A DNA stretch of 64,000 nucleotides. It comes from Candidatus Levyibacteriota bacterium (GTDB lineage Bacteria; Patescibacteriota; Microgenomatia; Levybacterales; UBA12049). The translations under genes and the position numbers were made by a program. The stretch is taken from NCBI GenBank assembly GCA_027459725.1, contig DAIDHK010000004.1:7050-71049 (forward strand), in the 5' to 3' direction. Within the stretch, counting starts at the first letter, position 1; each line of letters starts with the position of its first letter. Positions 29,987-39,460 of the stretch are shown in pieces. The notes under the pieces were generated by a model. The model was not told the DNA's origin. It made no database searches and was given only the letters and a program-made list of their open reading frames with translations.

Positions 29987-30169
29987 TTACTTTTTTCCTA
30001 GTTCTTCCTCAACCCACTTGAGTTTTTCTTCTAGCATTTTCTTTTTTGCTTCTAAGTGTTCTTTGGACATTTTATGCTCCATACAGCAGTCCATCATCAT
30101 GCCGTGACCTCCGTGAGCAGAACAACATCCGCAATAGCCACAATTTCCACAACATTTTCCTTTATCCAT
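29987..30169 (-). CDS. Small Cys/His-rich protein with C-terminal coiled coil (DUF5320-like)
   Basis: CCGNCGYCGCC..HGGHG followed by a KE-rich helix; GGAGGTG RBS. Confidence 0.55.
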   Translation of the reverse strand: MDKGKCCGNCGYCGCCSAHGGHGMMMDCCMEHKMSKEHLEAKKKMLEEKLKWVEEELGKK

Positions 30170-30549
30170 TATGTATTCACCTCCTTTGCAATTTTAATAT
30201 CTCTTTTGTTTTCTAGTATGTCAAACAAGACTTTTGCTTCGTTATGTTTGGTATCACGAGCGCCATACAACAGCGATAGTAACTTGTGGCAGCTCTCAAG
30301 GCTTACGAGTTGATTTAACAATTCTTTTTTACTTTTTAGTTCTTCTTTGTACTTCTTTTCAAACTCCTGCCATTTGTTTGGGTCATGCGCGAACCATTCA
30401 CGCAGTTCATTGCTTGGAGCTATATCTTTAAGCCATAAATCAAGGTGAGCTTTTTCCTTTGAAATACCCCGAGGCCAGAGCCTATCTACAAGCACACGAT
30501 AACCATCTTTTTTATCATATGGCTCATAAATCCGCTTGAGTTGTATCAT
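30169..30549 (-). CDS. DUF488 (YeaO-like) protein
   Basis: IQLKRIYE..DGYRVLVDRLWPRGISKE...WLKDIAPS.ELR.WF. Confidence 0.9.
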   Translation of the reverse strand: MIQLKRIYEPYDKKDGYRVLVDRLWPRGISKEKAHLDLWLKDIAPSNELREWFAHDPNKWQEFEKKYKEELKSKKELLNQLVSLESCHKLLSLLYGARDTKHNEAKVLFDILENKRDIKIAKEVNT

Positions 30550-30668
30550 CTAAAAATATTGTACTCCTTTTATTGAAATCCTACAAAATAATTTAACTGG
30601 ATATAAATACCTCACAGTTAGCTTCATTTATCTGGAAGTGGTAAAATTACACCAATATTAAAATAAAC

Positions 30669-31949
30669 ATGAACATACAACAAGAAACACCAAGTATTTC
30701 TTTTGGTGTCCTTCGTAAAATTGCTGACCACATGAAAAATATTCCTCTTTCTGATGTTTTGGAGCTGTTTGAAGAATGTGGTGTACCAAACTCTGTAATA
30801 AATAAGCATGAAGGAGAAACAAAAACTATTGTCTATCACGCGCTTAAAACACTGGCATTATCAAAAGAACCTGAGGATGAAAGTATACTCAAGAAGCTCA
30901 TTCTAGCTTCCCTTAATCCTGCACTCTACGCTGATAACTCCATTACTGAAAAAGATTGGGTTGAGCTATATAACCAATGGCTAAAAGAAGATGCAACAGA
31001 AACAGCAAAACAGATTATCCGTCTTAAAAATAACAAATTTCTTTTAGTAGACACCCTTCCGCCTTATAAAGAACAGGCAGTAATTCAACAACAAGATGCT
31101 GAATTGAGTAATCGTGTATTCCAATCTGTAGCGAAGCCTTATTCATCAGAAATAGCAGAGATACAAGAAGGATATAAAATTCTACTTCGTATCGTTAACA
31201 ATATTTTTAATACGCCATCTTTACTAACTGAAGAGTTAAATAATCAGTATATTAAACTAAGAGACATTATTAAAACAGACATAGAAAAGGTAAGCAAGGG
31301 GATAGATAAAGATATTGCTGATGAGATAAAAATTGACCCTTTAACTGAGCTTCGAGAAATAAGACCATTTTATAGAGATTATTTGGGAAAGGACCTTCTT
31401 TATATTCCCTTCACAAATCTTTACTTGGCAGAGAAAGAAATGCAAAAGTCTGGCATGACTAAAGAGGACATATTAAACCAGATGGAGGCGTGTTGTGGCG
31501 AACTAATTCATATTGCTGAACTGTCAGGCGTTACAAAACACACAAAATATCCAGGTAAGAGATATTTTAACGAGATACTTATGGATATAACGAAGAGTAC
31601 GGCCAGTAAGAATTATGTAAGTTCTCTTACGTTTGGCTTAAAAAGTGGTAACCTTACCTACTATACTTCTGATGGCAATAAATATAGAGGAAAGTTAGGA
31701 GATAATACAAACGGATTCAAGTTACTTGAGCTTCTGATGTCGCAACCACCAGAAACTGTACTTTCTTACTCAACTCTGGCTAAACATCTTAAAGCCATGA
31801 GGCCAAATATAGATAGCGATGACAAAAGGCGTGTTATTGATGCCGTTAGCTATATTCGTAAGAAGCTTAAACTAAAAAACAATGATAGCCCTTTTATTAC
31901 TCGAAACGGTTATGGGCTAAATTGCCTTCCAATTCTCACGATGGATTAA
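30669..31949 (+). CDS. Hypothetical protein with AbiJ-NTD-like N-terminus and C-terminal winged-helix DNA-binding domain
   Basis: C-terminal FKLLELLMSQ...VLSYSTLA......VIDAVSYIRKKL.....FITRNGYGL resembles an OmpR-type wHTH. Confidence 0.5.
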   Translation: MNIQQETPSISFGVLRKIADHMKNIPLSDVLELFEECGVPNSVINKHEGETKTIVYHALKTLALSKEPEDESILKKLILASLNPALYADNSITEKDWVELYNQWLKEDATETAKQIIRLKNNKFLLVDTLPPYKEQAVIQQQDAELSNRVFQSVAKPYSSEIAEIQEGYKILLRIVNNIFNTPSLLTEELNNQYIKLRDIIKTDIEKVSKGIDKDIADEIKIDPLTELREIRPFYRDYLGKDLLYIPFTNLYLAEKEMQKSGMTKEDILNQMEACCGELIHIAELSGVTKHTKYPGKRYFNEILMDITKSTASKNYVSSLTFGLKSGNLTYYTSDGNKYRGKLGDNTNGFKLLELLMSQPPETVLSYSTLAKHLKAMRPNIDSDDKRRVIDAVSYIRKKLKLKNNDSPFITRNGYGLNCLPILTMD

Positions 31950-31951
31950 CT

Positions 31952-32021
31952 TTCCTCAAAATTCCTCAAAATACGAACTTTTTAAAGCTAAATCCTTTTT
32001 ATTTTCATTTTTTTTCCTCAA
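31952..32021 (+). repeat. Tandem 10-bp direct repeat TTCCTCAAAA x2 plus a third TTCCTCAA
   Basis: 31952-31961, 31962-31971 and 32014-32021. Confidence 0.65.
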
Positions 32022-32048
32022 GAAAATAGAGCAAACTACATTTAGTAT

Positions 32049-32231
32049 ATGAAAGATGTAGAAAATCAAACCGACTTTAACACAGAACAGTATATTCAAA
32101 AACTAAAAGAACTTCCACCTCTTGACGAGAAGATTGAGTCTCGACTTCGTGCAATAGCTAACGCCATTCTTGATAGGCTCGAAGAAAGCAACAATAATTT
32201 ATCTACAGAGGAGGCTAATGCAAATGTCTAA
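32049..32231 (+). CDS. Small protein coupled to the recombinase (candidate directionality factor)
   Basis: 60 aa; its stop overlaps the recombinase ATG at 32224. Confidence 0.5.
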   Translation: MKDVENQTDFNTEQYIQKLKELPPLDEKIESRLRAIANAILDRLEESNNNLSTEEANANV

Positions 32232-33972
32232 TTTAACACAAGAAATAGATATAGGAATGGTAAGAGTTAGTTCATTTAAGCAGGGACTTGCTGGAGACTC
32301 GCCCGACGAGCAAAAGGAAGCAATCCAAGCTAAAAGAACAAAGGAAGGAAGAATTGATATTCCAATTGAATGGGTTGAAATAATTGAATCCGCATCGGGA
32401 GTAAAACAACCATATCAAAGAGTTTTGGCAATATGCAAACAATCACAAATAAAGATAAGTAGGGTGTATGCAAAAGTAATTGACCGGATGACAAGAGGAG
32501 GTGCAAAACCATACATCTTCTTTAAGGAACAACTTGAAAAGAATAATGTTCAACTAGTCGATGTTGCAGGTGTTATAAGTTCGCACACAGTCAATACTCT
32601 TGAACACATTACCAATAAGAAGTATGCTTGGAGTGTGTATAATCCTTCATATAAAGAAGAACTACTTGAAGCAGAAGCAGGTAAAGATGAGGTCAGGAAA
32701 ATTCTCACACGTATGATTGGTGCTGAGATTCGCTACATAAAATATGGCTATTGGGTAGGTCCATCGCCTCTCGGTTATAAAAACAAGAAAATTGATACCG
32801 CAGAACACGGAGAACGTACAATTCTTGAGCCAGATATAGAAAAAGAAGCAGTTTGGTTTGAGACAATGTTTTCCCTTGTTGCTCAAGGAACTCCTTATTT
32901 AGAAGTTGTAAAACAAGTCAATGCAATGGGCTTTAAGACAAGACCAAGAAAAATTTATGATGAGCTAATTAAAACAAAAGTAATTGGCGTACATTCTGGT
33001 GAAATTTTGACAGTTAAAAGTCTCAAGGAATACATCAAGCGACCAATTTACGCGGGAGTAAATAATCACTCTTGGCTTGAAGGAAAACCTGTTAAAGGAC
33101 GTTTTAAGAGCATTATTTCTATTGATTTATTTAATAGGGCAAATAAAGGTAAAATTACTATCGTCGAGGATGGAGAAAATGTGCGTATTTATAATGGCAA
33201 GGTGCCTTCATATTTGCAAAAAAAAGACAAATTCAATTCATATTTTCCATACAAAGACCAAGTCTTATGTCCTAAATGCAAAAAACCATTCTATGCAAGC
33301 ACTTCTAAGGGCAGAAATGGACATTATCCAGCATATCATCACGGGAGCAGAACTGGCACACATCCCTATCTTAAAGTGAGTAGGGACACATTCCATGAAA
33401 CAATTAGGAAATTCGTGCAGGAGGTAAAATTTACTGATGATTTTCTCATGTATCTTCACAAATTTATCCTTGAAGAATGGGAAACAAGAAGAAAAACCTC
33501 ATTAGACAAAAATATCACACTTGGACAGCGCCTCACTAGCATTGAACAAGAACAGAAAATGTATGCAGAAAAAATACCTTTACTCTCATCAGCTGTAGCA
33601 ATAAAGGTTATGGAAAGTAAAATAGAGGAGTTAGAGCAGGCAAAGGTTGAGGTAATGGCAGAAAAAGCAAAAAGGCAAAAAGAAGGAATGGATATTCAAA
33701 AAATTATTCACGACTCTTGGTACTTTTTCGAACACTTGGAGGATTTACTTCTCGAAGGCACAAATACACGTACAAATTCTACTCTCTTTGGTCTACTCTT
33801 TGACGAGAAGCCAACTTATGAGGATTTACTTTTTCGAACCGCTAAGTTGTCTTGTGTCTTCAAGCTAAGTGAAGCACACAAAAACACTCTGGGACAGAAA
33901 AGTATGAACAGTGACCCGACTCGGATTCGAACCGAGGACCAAGAGCTTAAAAGGCTCCTGCTCTACCGCTGA
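32224..33972 (+). CDS. Large serine recombinase (integrase)
   Basis: RVSS..Q catalytic motif, IDRMTR, recombinase domain (G..P.GY, YAG), CPKC zinc ribbon, coiled coil. Start ATG 32224 follows GAGGAGG (ORF track gives 32170). Confidence 0.9.
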   Translation: MSNLTQEIDIGMVRVSSFKQGLAGDSPDEQKEAIQAKRTKEGRIDIPIEWVEIIESASGVKQPYQRVLAICKQSQIKISRVYAKVIDRMTRGGAKPYIFFKEQLEKNNVQLVDVAGVISSHTVNTLEHITNKKYAWSVYNPSYKEELLEAEAGKDEVRKILTRMIGAEIRYIKYGYWVGPSPLGYKNKKIDTAEHGERTILEPDIEKEAVWFETMFSLVAQGTPYLEVVKQVNAMGFKTRPRKIYDELIKTKVIGVHSGEILTVKSLKEYIKRPIYAGVNNHSWLEGKPVKGRFKSIISIDLFNRANKGKITIVEDGENVRIYNGKVPSYLQKKDKFNSYFPYKDQVLCPKCKKPFYASTSKGRNGHYPAYHHGSRTGTHPYLKVSRDTFHETIRKFVQEVKFTDDFLMYLHKFILEEWETRRKTSLDKNITLGQRLTSIEQEQKMYAEKIPLLSSAVAIKVMESKIEELEQAKVEVMAEKAKRQKEGMDIQKIIHDSWYFFEHLEDLLLEGTNTRTNSTLFGLLFDEKPTYEDLLFRTAKLSCVFKLSEAHKNTLGQKSMNSDPTRIRTEDQELKRLLLYR

Positions 33973-33983
33973 GCTATCGGGCC
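33912..33983 (-). tRNA. tRNA-Lys(TTT)
   Basis: Reverse complement GGCCCGA TAGCTCAGCGGTAGAGC AGGAGC CTTTTAA GCTCT TGGTC CTCGG TTCGAAT CCGAG TCGGGTC A folds into a cloverleaf. CCA is not encoded. Confidence 0.95.
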
Positions 33984-34092
33984 GTATGCTATACAAAACG
34001 GCTTGCTTAAAAGATAAGCACAAATTATTATACCAACAAGGCTACATCTTGACAAGCAAAAGACTTCATCCTAAACTAAGGGTAGATCTCAT

Positions 34093-34773
34093 ATGTCACC
34101 ATTAAATCCAACCTCCAATAATATTGGTAATACTGTTTTGCTATCTCTAAACAAGGGTTTGATGGCTACGATTTCCTTTATACCTAATTTTATTGCAGGT
34201 TTAATTCTTCTACTAATCGGCATTCTTTTAGGTTCCGTTCTGCGTAGAGTTTTTTATGAGGTTTTAATGTCATTGAAAATCGAAGCATATCTACATAAAT
34301 ACGGGATTCCTGAGGCCAAAAAAGATTTTAGCTGGACCAATATAATTGCTGAAATAATCCGTTGGTTTGTTATCATTTTATTCTTAATTCCTACAGCAGA
34401 GGTATGGCAGATGCCGCAAATTGTAACAGTATTAAATCAATTTCTTTTTTATTTACCTAACGTATTTGTTGCAGCGATTATCGGGATTGTCGGTTTAATT
34501 TTTGCCCGATTAGCCTATGATATTATTTTAGCCTCAACTAGACAATTATCTAGAGGTATTTCTAAAGGAATTGCCACAACTGCAAAATGGGCAATAACAG
34601 TATTCGCATTTTTGGCTGTTTTAAACCAACTAGGAGTAGCACAAGATTTAATTAGGATTCTTTTTACCGGATTTGTTGCTATGGTAGCCTTAGCAGGTGG
34701 AATTGCATTTGGCTTAGGAGGAAAAGGAGTTGCAGGTGATATTCTCGATAGTCTGTACAAAAAGTTTAAATAG
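34093..34773 (+). CDS. Conserved TM-helix repeat (CmpX/MscS-N-like) membrane protein
   Basis: Two repeats (FIPNFIAG.., YLPNVFVA..) and LAGGIAFGLGG. Confidence 0.8.
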   Translation: MSPLNPTSNNIGNTVLLSLNKGLMATISFIPNFIAGLILLLIGILLGSVLRRVFYEVLMSLKIEAYLHKYGIPEAKKDFSWTNIIAEIIRWFVIILFLIPTAEVWQMPQIVTVLNQFLFYLPNVFVAAIIGIVGLIFARLAYDIILASTRQLSRGISKGIATTAKWAITVFAFLAVLNQLGVAQDLIRILFTGFVAMVALAGGIAFGLGGKGVAGDILDSLYKKFK

Positions 34774-34868
34774 CTTAGCCTCAATATTAGTCACATAAGA
34801 TCTTATATAAAGAATAATTACTATGTTTTTGCTATAATATGGAGGTCAGTTGTGACTTCCAAGTACCA

Positions 34869-34945
34869 GCCGCGTTCGTCTAGTGGCCTAGGACGCTGGG
34901 CTTTCATCCCGGAAATCACGGGTTCGACTCCCGTACGCGGTACCA
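34869..34945 (+). tRNA. tRNA-Glu(TTC)
   Basis: GCCGCGT..GTCTAGTGGCCTAGGAC..CTGGG CTTTCAT CCCGG..ACGGG TTCGACT CCCGT ACGCGGT A CCA. Confidence 0.95.
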
Positions 34946-35353
34946 TATAGAACTTTTTACTAAATTCTCTAGATTAGCTTGTTCTGACGGGTTGTTCTTG
35001 GGTTCGAGCCGGGTAGTTTCAGCTTTTGTCTGTTTTACACCCTTTTTATAGTGTAAAAACGGTAATCGTGGCTGAAAATTCAAAATCTGATCTAGTAAGA
35101 TCAGGTTCGAGCCAACTCCTTTAACTATTGATTTTCTCTCAACTGTGTTTCCATTTTGAAATCTTTGGCTTGCTGTTAGAGCAAAATCAAAGCTTTCCCT
35201 AGCTATCTTTTCCCACTCGCTATCATCATTCATGTTTTGAAGCTGTTCGGTTAGTTTATCTTTTTCGGTAATCAGCCTTTGTTTTCTCTCTAAAAATTCA
35301 GCATCTGAAAGCATACTACCGTCAGAGTTTGCTGCTGATATTCGAAGTTCCAC
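34916..35353 (-). pseudogene. C-terminal remnant of a large serine recombinase
   Basis: Coiled coil (EFLERKQRL..EK..L), ERKSIV..VGSNLIL.D, ending WYRVRESNP inside tRNA-Glu antisense. No catalytic domain. Confidence 0.7.
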
Positions 35354-35361
35354 TAAGTTAT

Positions 35362-35608
35362 TTATCCGTTTGTTCCTAAAACGTGTGACTTGGCCTCATT
35401 CCATATATCTTCTGGTTGGCACTTTGCATCTGAGAGCCAGTGGGAAATACTATCGTGAGAAAGATCAACCGGGGAGACTTCTGACAAACTTAATGCAGAA
35501 TACCGTTGAGAGGTTATCCGAAGAAACGTACAATACAGTTCTTTTGTACATAAAGATTTAGTCATTTATTTAGTGTACATCAAACTATGTCATGTACGAA
35601 ACTCGTGT
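35362..35608 (-). mobile_element. Truncated IS701-like transposase fragment and probable left end
   Basis: Y..FL.......S...LSEV....LSHDSISHWL resembles the IS701 N-terminus; only 67 aa remain. Confidence 0.6.
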
Positions 35609-35999
35609 TTTGGTTAATTGCGCCAACGCTCTTTAGATTTATTTATATGTGTCTTAAAGACCCTTTTCTTCTTGCAGAGAGGTCAAAAGTATGTGGTAGT
35701 CTAAGACTCTGCCTATGTTTTAACAGCCACAATATATCTGTGTTCTTTAGTGGAAAATACGTCAATTTACAACGCATAAATCCTATCTTCTTGAAGAACT
35801 TTCTCTGTCCTCTTTAAAGAACTTGACAGTTCCTATATTCAAATATAGAATGTGTCTGATAAAATTGTCTATACAGATTTACAAATATTAGACAAGATAG
35901 ATCATGACCAAGGTGGTGAAATGGCTGATTTTATGAGAGTTTTTAATTCCTGTCTCGAACAGCTCGAGGCTAATATGTAGGAATTTAAAAAAGAGTAAT

Positions 36000-36395
36000 A
36001 TGAAAAAATGTCAAATTTGCGAAGTAACGCAACCTGTCGTAAGGAATATGCCAAGTGGAAGGTGGGTACTTGGAGAGAATCAGTTCTATAAAGGGTATTC
36101 GCTCCTCCTCTATCGATTTCATGTTGAACAATTGCATGAGCTTACACCAAAAGAAGTAGAAGTATTTTTACAAGATATGTATTCTATCGGCAAAGAGCTT
36201 TTTGAAAAACTCCATCCTGTACGAATCAACTATGCTATTTTAGGAAACACACTCCCCCATCTCCATGCACATATTATTCCTCGATATGCAGATGATTCTA
36301 ATCCACATCATTCTATCTGGAACACTCCATTAGAAAAACGAATAAAATTAACAACCATTGCACAAAGAGAAAATTTACTTAATGAGCTTATATGA
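36000..36395 (+). CDS. HIT family nucleotide hydrolase
   Basis: CQIC and LGNTLPHLHAHIIPRY (HxHxH). Confidence 0.9.
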   Translation: MKKCQICEVTQPVVRNMPSGRWVLGENQFYKGYSLLLYRFHVEQLHELTPKEVEVFLQDMYSIGKELFEKLHPVRINYAILGNTLPHLHAHIIPRYADDSNPHHSIWNTPLEKRIKLTTIAQRENLLNELI

Positions 36396-37173
36396 AATCA
36401 GTTGAAGCAATTATTCTAGCAGGTGGACGGGGGAAACGCATGGGAGAGATTACTGATAACGAACAGAAGTGTTTACTTCCCATTGATGGAAAGCCTATGT
36501 TATTGTTTCTAACAGAACAGCTAATAGAAGCGTTTGGGTCGGTAGATATTAAAATTGGTGTTGCTTATAAACAGCAGCGAGTAAAGGAGTTTATAGATCG
36601 AAACAAACCAAAAAAGGCATCTTTTACCTACGTACCCATGATTTAGATGTAGAGAGCTACTTGGCATATCAGACATTTGAGCCATACATAAAAGATGATT
36701 TTATTGCACTCCCGGGCGATGCAATTGCCTTTGCTAACGCATATAAAGATATTTATGAACGCTTCCAGCAAACGGGCAATCCAACGCTTTCTTTTTCACC
36801 ACGTATGACAGAATGTACACATGGAGTCGGTAAAGTCAGAGAGGGAGAGGTGACAGAGTTGTCTTGGTACAATGCAATTGCTCGAAAAGGAAGTATGACG
36901 CCTCTTGCGAAAAAATACGTTACTGAAACAGCACATCATGATCACTATCGTGATATGACAATCTTTGCAACTGATCGAAAGATTTTCCCTCAATTAGCAT
37001 CTTATCCAACACAAGGACGAGAAGGGATACGTATTGGGGAAGTCTTTATGCACGAACTAGCAAAAGGATATCCACTCCAGGGTAATATTTATACTGATCC
37101 TTGGGTACATGTAAGCTTTCCTAAAGACCTACGAAAAAGTATGTACAGCAGTGCACTAGAGATTGCAAGTTAA
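36392..37173 (+). pseudogene. Split sugar-phosphate/NTP transferase family gene
   Basis: AIILAGGRGKRM...KCLLPI.GKP stops at 36646 and continues in another frame (36661-37173, FIALPGD). Confidence 0.7.
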
Positions 37174-37377
37174 AAGGGAGAGTTTTAAGTTTATGAAAGA
37201 AGGTTTAATAGTTCATTTTCCAAATAAGGAAAAACGGTTAGTCCGAAAAATTAAGAAAATAGTAAGGACTGGCTGGGATTCTTATTTAAATAGCATGTCA
37301 AGATTTGATAGATCAATTGAGTGTGAATCTTATCCTATGATTGCTCAGTCAAAGGAAGAATTCAGTTGATCATTAAT

Positions 37378-37977
37378 TCAGTTATTCAACCTTGTTTTAT
37401 TTACGTACTGAAGATAATATCCTAATAATCCAGCCATTACTGATGGCCAAACTAAGAATACATATGAGTCAAAAATATCTAACCATCCAGAACCTTGATA
37501 GGTAAAGATAGATATAAAATAAGATAAGGTACCCACTAAAAGTAAAATAAGAAAGTATTTAATCGTGAGATGTATTATGAAAAAATTAAAGATAAATAGA
37601 AATAACAGCGTGAATGTAAATACAACAATTACTAGAGGGACATATGTATATACATAGTTTTGATTTTCAGCAGTAATTATGCCTGCTCTTTGGAAGAAAT
37701 CAAGAAGTGCTACTACAGGATCAAAAATAAAAAATGAGAGAAAATATACAAATGTTGTAAAAACAATAAAGTAAAATATTCTGAGTGAAGAAATATACCT
37801 TTTTAAATATATGCTAGTAAAACAGGAGAAAATTGTTCCTGGTAGATATAAACTAAACGGAACAAGATTGAAATGGATCGGTATAGTTGATAATATACCG
37901 GAAATAATGCCTAATAATAGTAGAGGTACTAATTTCATTAGTGAGTATACCCTATAATATACCCTTATTGAAGTCAA
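37378..37977 (-). CDS. Multi-pass membrane protein, unknown function
   Basis: About six hydrophobic helices. Confidence 0.6.
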   Translation of the reverse strand: MTSIRVYYRVYSLMKLVPLLLLGIISGILSTIPIHFNLVPFSLYLPGTIFSCFTSIYLKRYISSLRIFYFIVFTTFVYFLSFFIFDPVVALLDFFQRAGIITAENQNYVYTYVPLVIVVFTFTLLFLFIFNFFIIHLTIKYFLILLLVGTLSYFISIFTYQGSGWLDIFDSYVFLVWPSVMAGLLGYYLQYVNKTRLNN

Positions 37978-38584
37978 TGCGAAGAGGGTGGAATGATTTT
38001 CGAACTATAGAGTGGTCGTAATTAGCAGATGATCCTGAGGTTATTTATCAACAAACGCAGCAGTTGGATTAAATATTACGAGAACTATTTAACTAAATGG
38101 CTGACTTTTGGTAAATCTAGCAAGCATGCGTTCCATTCTATTTGTTGCACGCAAACTGCTACGTCCTCTATGAATAAGTTGCATTCCACGATTACCAGTA
38201 ACATGCGGAACTAATAATTCGCCAACTTTTTTATAAGTAGGAGTACGGGTTCCTGGCTACGTATCTAGTCCATAATATAACCTCATTGCTTGAGCATCGC
38301 GAGTAGGCAAAATTGCTATTCGGTATCAATTCTTTGATAGTAAACATTAAGCTTATCTTCATCAACTTGCCCGTGTTTTGTATCTGTATCAATCGCACCT
38401 ACTGCTGCATGTAATTCATCAATGAGTTTTACTTTTCTCTCCCAAAGCAAACGATTCTTTTCACTCATACCCTCAACATAAGCCATTTGAACTATATCTA
38501 TAATTGAATCAGTAAATAATAGACATGTTCTGAAATAGCAGATAAGTTATGCCACAGGGATATATTTATGGGATTGGTGTTTAT

Positions 38585-39420
38585 TTAGATGGATGATAGG
38601 TGGTAATTCCAAAGTCCTGCAGATAGGAGAAGGAATTGGTCATCTATGAATGCTTTATGATTCCTCAATTTCTCGCTCATACACCTGTACCGCTTGATTC
38701 CGCCTATTGCGTGCTCAACGACGACCCTGTAGGAGGATATGATTTTGTTGGTTTCTTTATCATCAAGGCTTAGTGGCCTTCCTTTAGATCTCTTTTTGGG
38801 AATATGCAGGTTTTTATGATCTTTGTAAGATCCAATAAAGGCCGTATCCATCCATGCTGCAACTTCTTTTGGTAGTTGTTTGAGTATGTCCTCTTTATCT
38901 ACAAGTCTCTTATCGTGTCTACGGCCTGATTTTTGTTTGGTAATGACAAGTACCCTCCTTTTTTTATCACTCACAACAACACTTCTCCTCGTATGAGCTT
39001 TTTTCTTCTTCGGTCGTTGTTTTAGCCTCTAAACTCCATCAATAAATACTTCATCTGTTTCAGGAAATAACCGTAAAAATTCTTCAGGATCTTAAATCTT
39101 TCTTTGTGGTAAGACAAACTTTCGCTTCATTGTCAGTTCTAGTACAGGGAGCAGATCATGCATCCATGTACAAGCGTTACTCCTTACAAACTCTACCCAG
39201 AATGAGGCAACGTCAAAGGTGGGATAGGTTTTCATATACCAGAGTATGTAAAATAATTTCTCCTCAATAGAATCTATCTTACTGTTTCTCCCGCCTCCGA
39301 TCTTCCTCTGCCTGTTCCTCTTCCGTTTTGCCTCGTATTCGTGGTAATAATAGTCAAAATCTGCAACTAATGATGTAAATTCAGAAACCGTGAGGCCGGT
39401 GAGAGCTTCCTAATTCGAGT
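38585..39420 (-). pseudogene. IS5-family (ISL2-like, DDE_Tnp_4) transposase pseudogene
   Basis: HD..L, DTAFIG, P.K, N..ISS.RVVVEHAIGG.KR. Upstream frameshifted fragments (ALTGLT..EF, GGRNSK, YMKTYPTFD) reach about 39420. Confidence 0.75.
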
Positions 39421-39460
39421 ATTTCCTTTATATGAATGTCTTGGATTTTATACATTCGTA

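Larger units (their letters stand above)
18226..33933. mobile_element. Integrative element at tRNA-Lys 3' end (serine-recombinase type, satellite/plasmid-like, defence cargo); left end uncertain
   Basis: Large serine recombinase abuts and overlaps tRNA-Lys. TTCGAACC occurs at 33926-33933 (T-loop) and 18226-18233. Contains Rep-like, iteron, TerS-like and R-M content. Confidence 0.7.

Noticed and set aside
18226-33972. Complete prophage or conjugative ICE
   Set aside because: No capsid, portal, tail, large terminase, relaxase or T4SS genes were recognised.
35905-35980. tRNA-Leu-like 5' fragment (CCAAGGTGGTGAAATGGC)
   Set aside because: No anticodon or T arm follows. It reads equally well as an RBS plus ATG of a 19-codon ORF.
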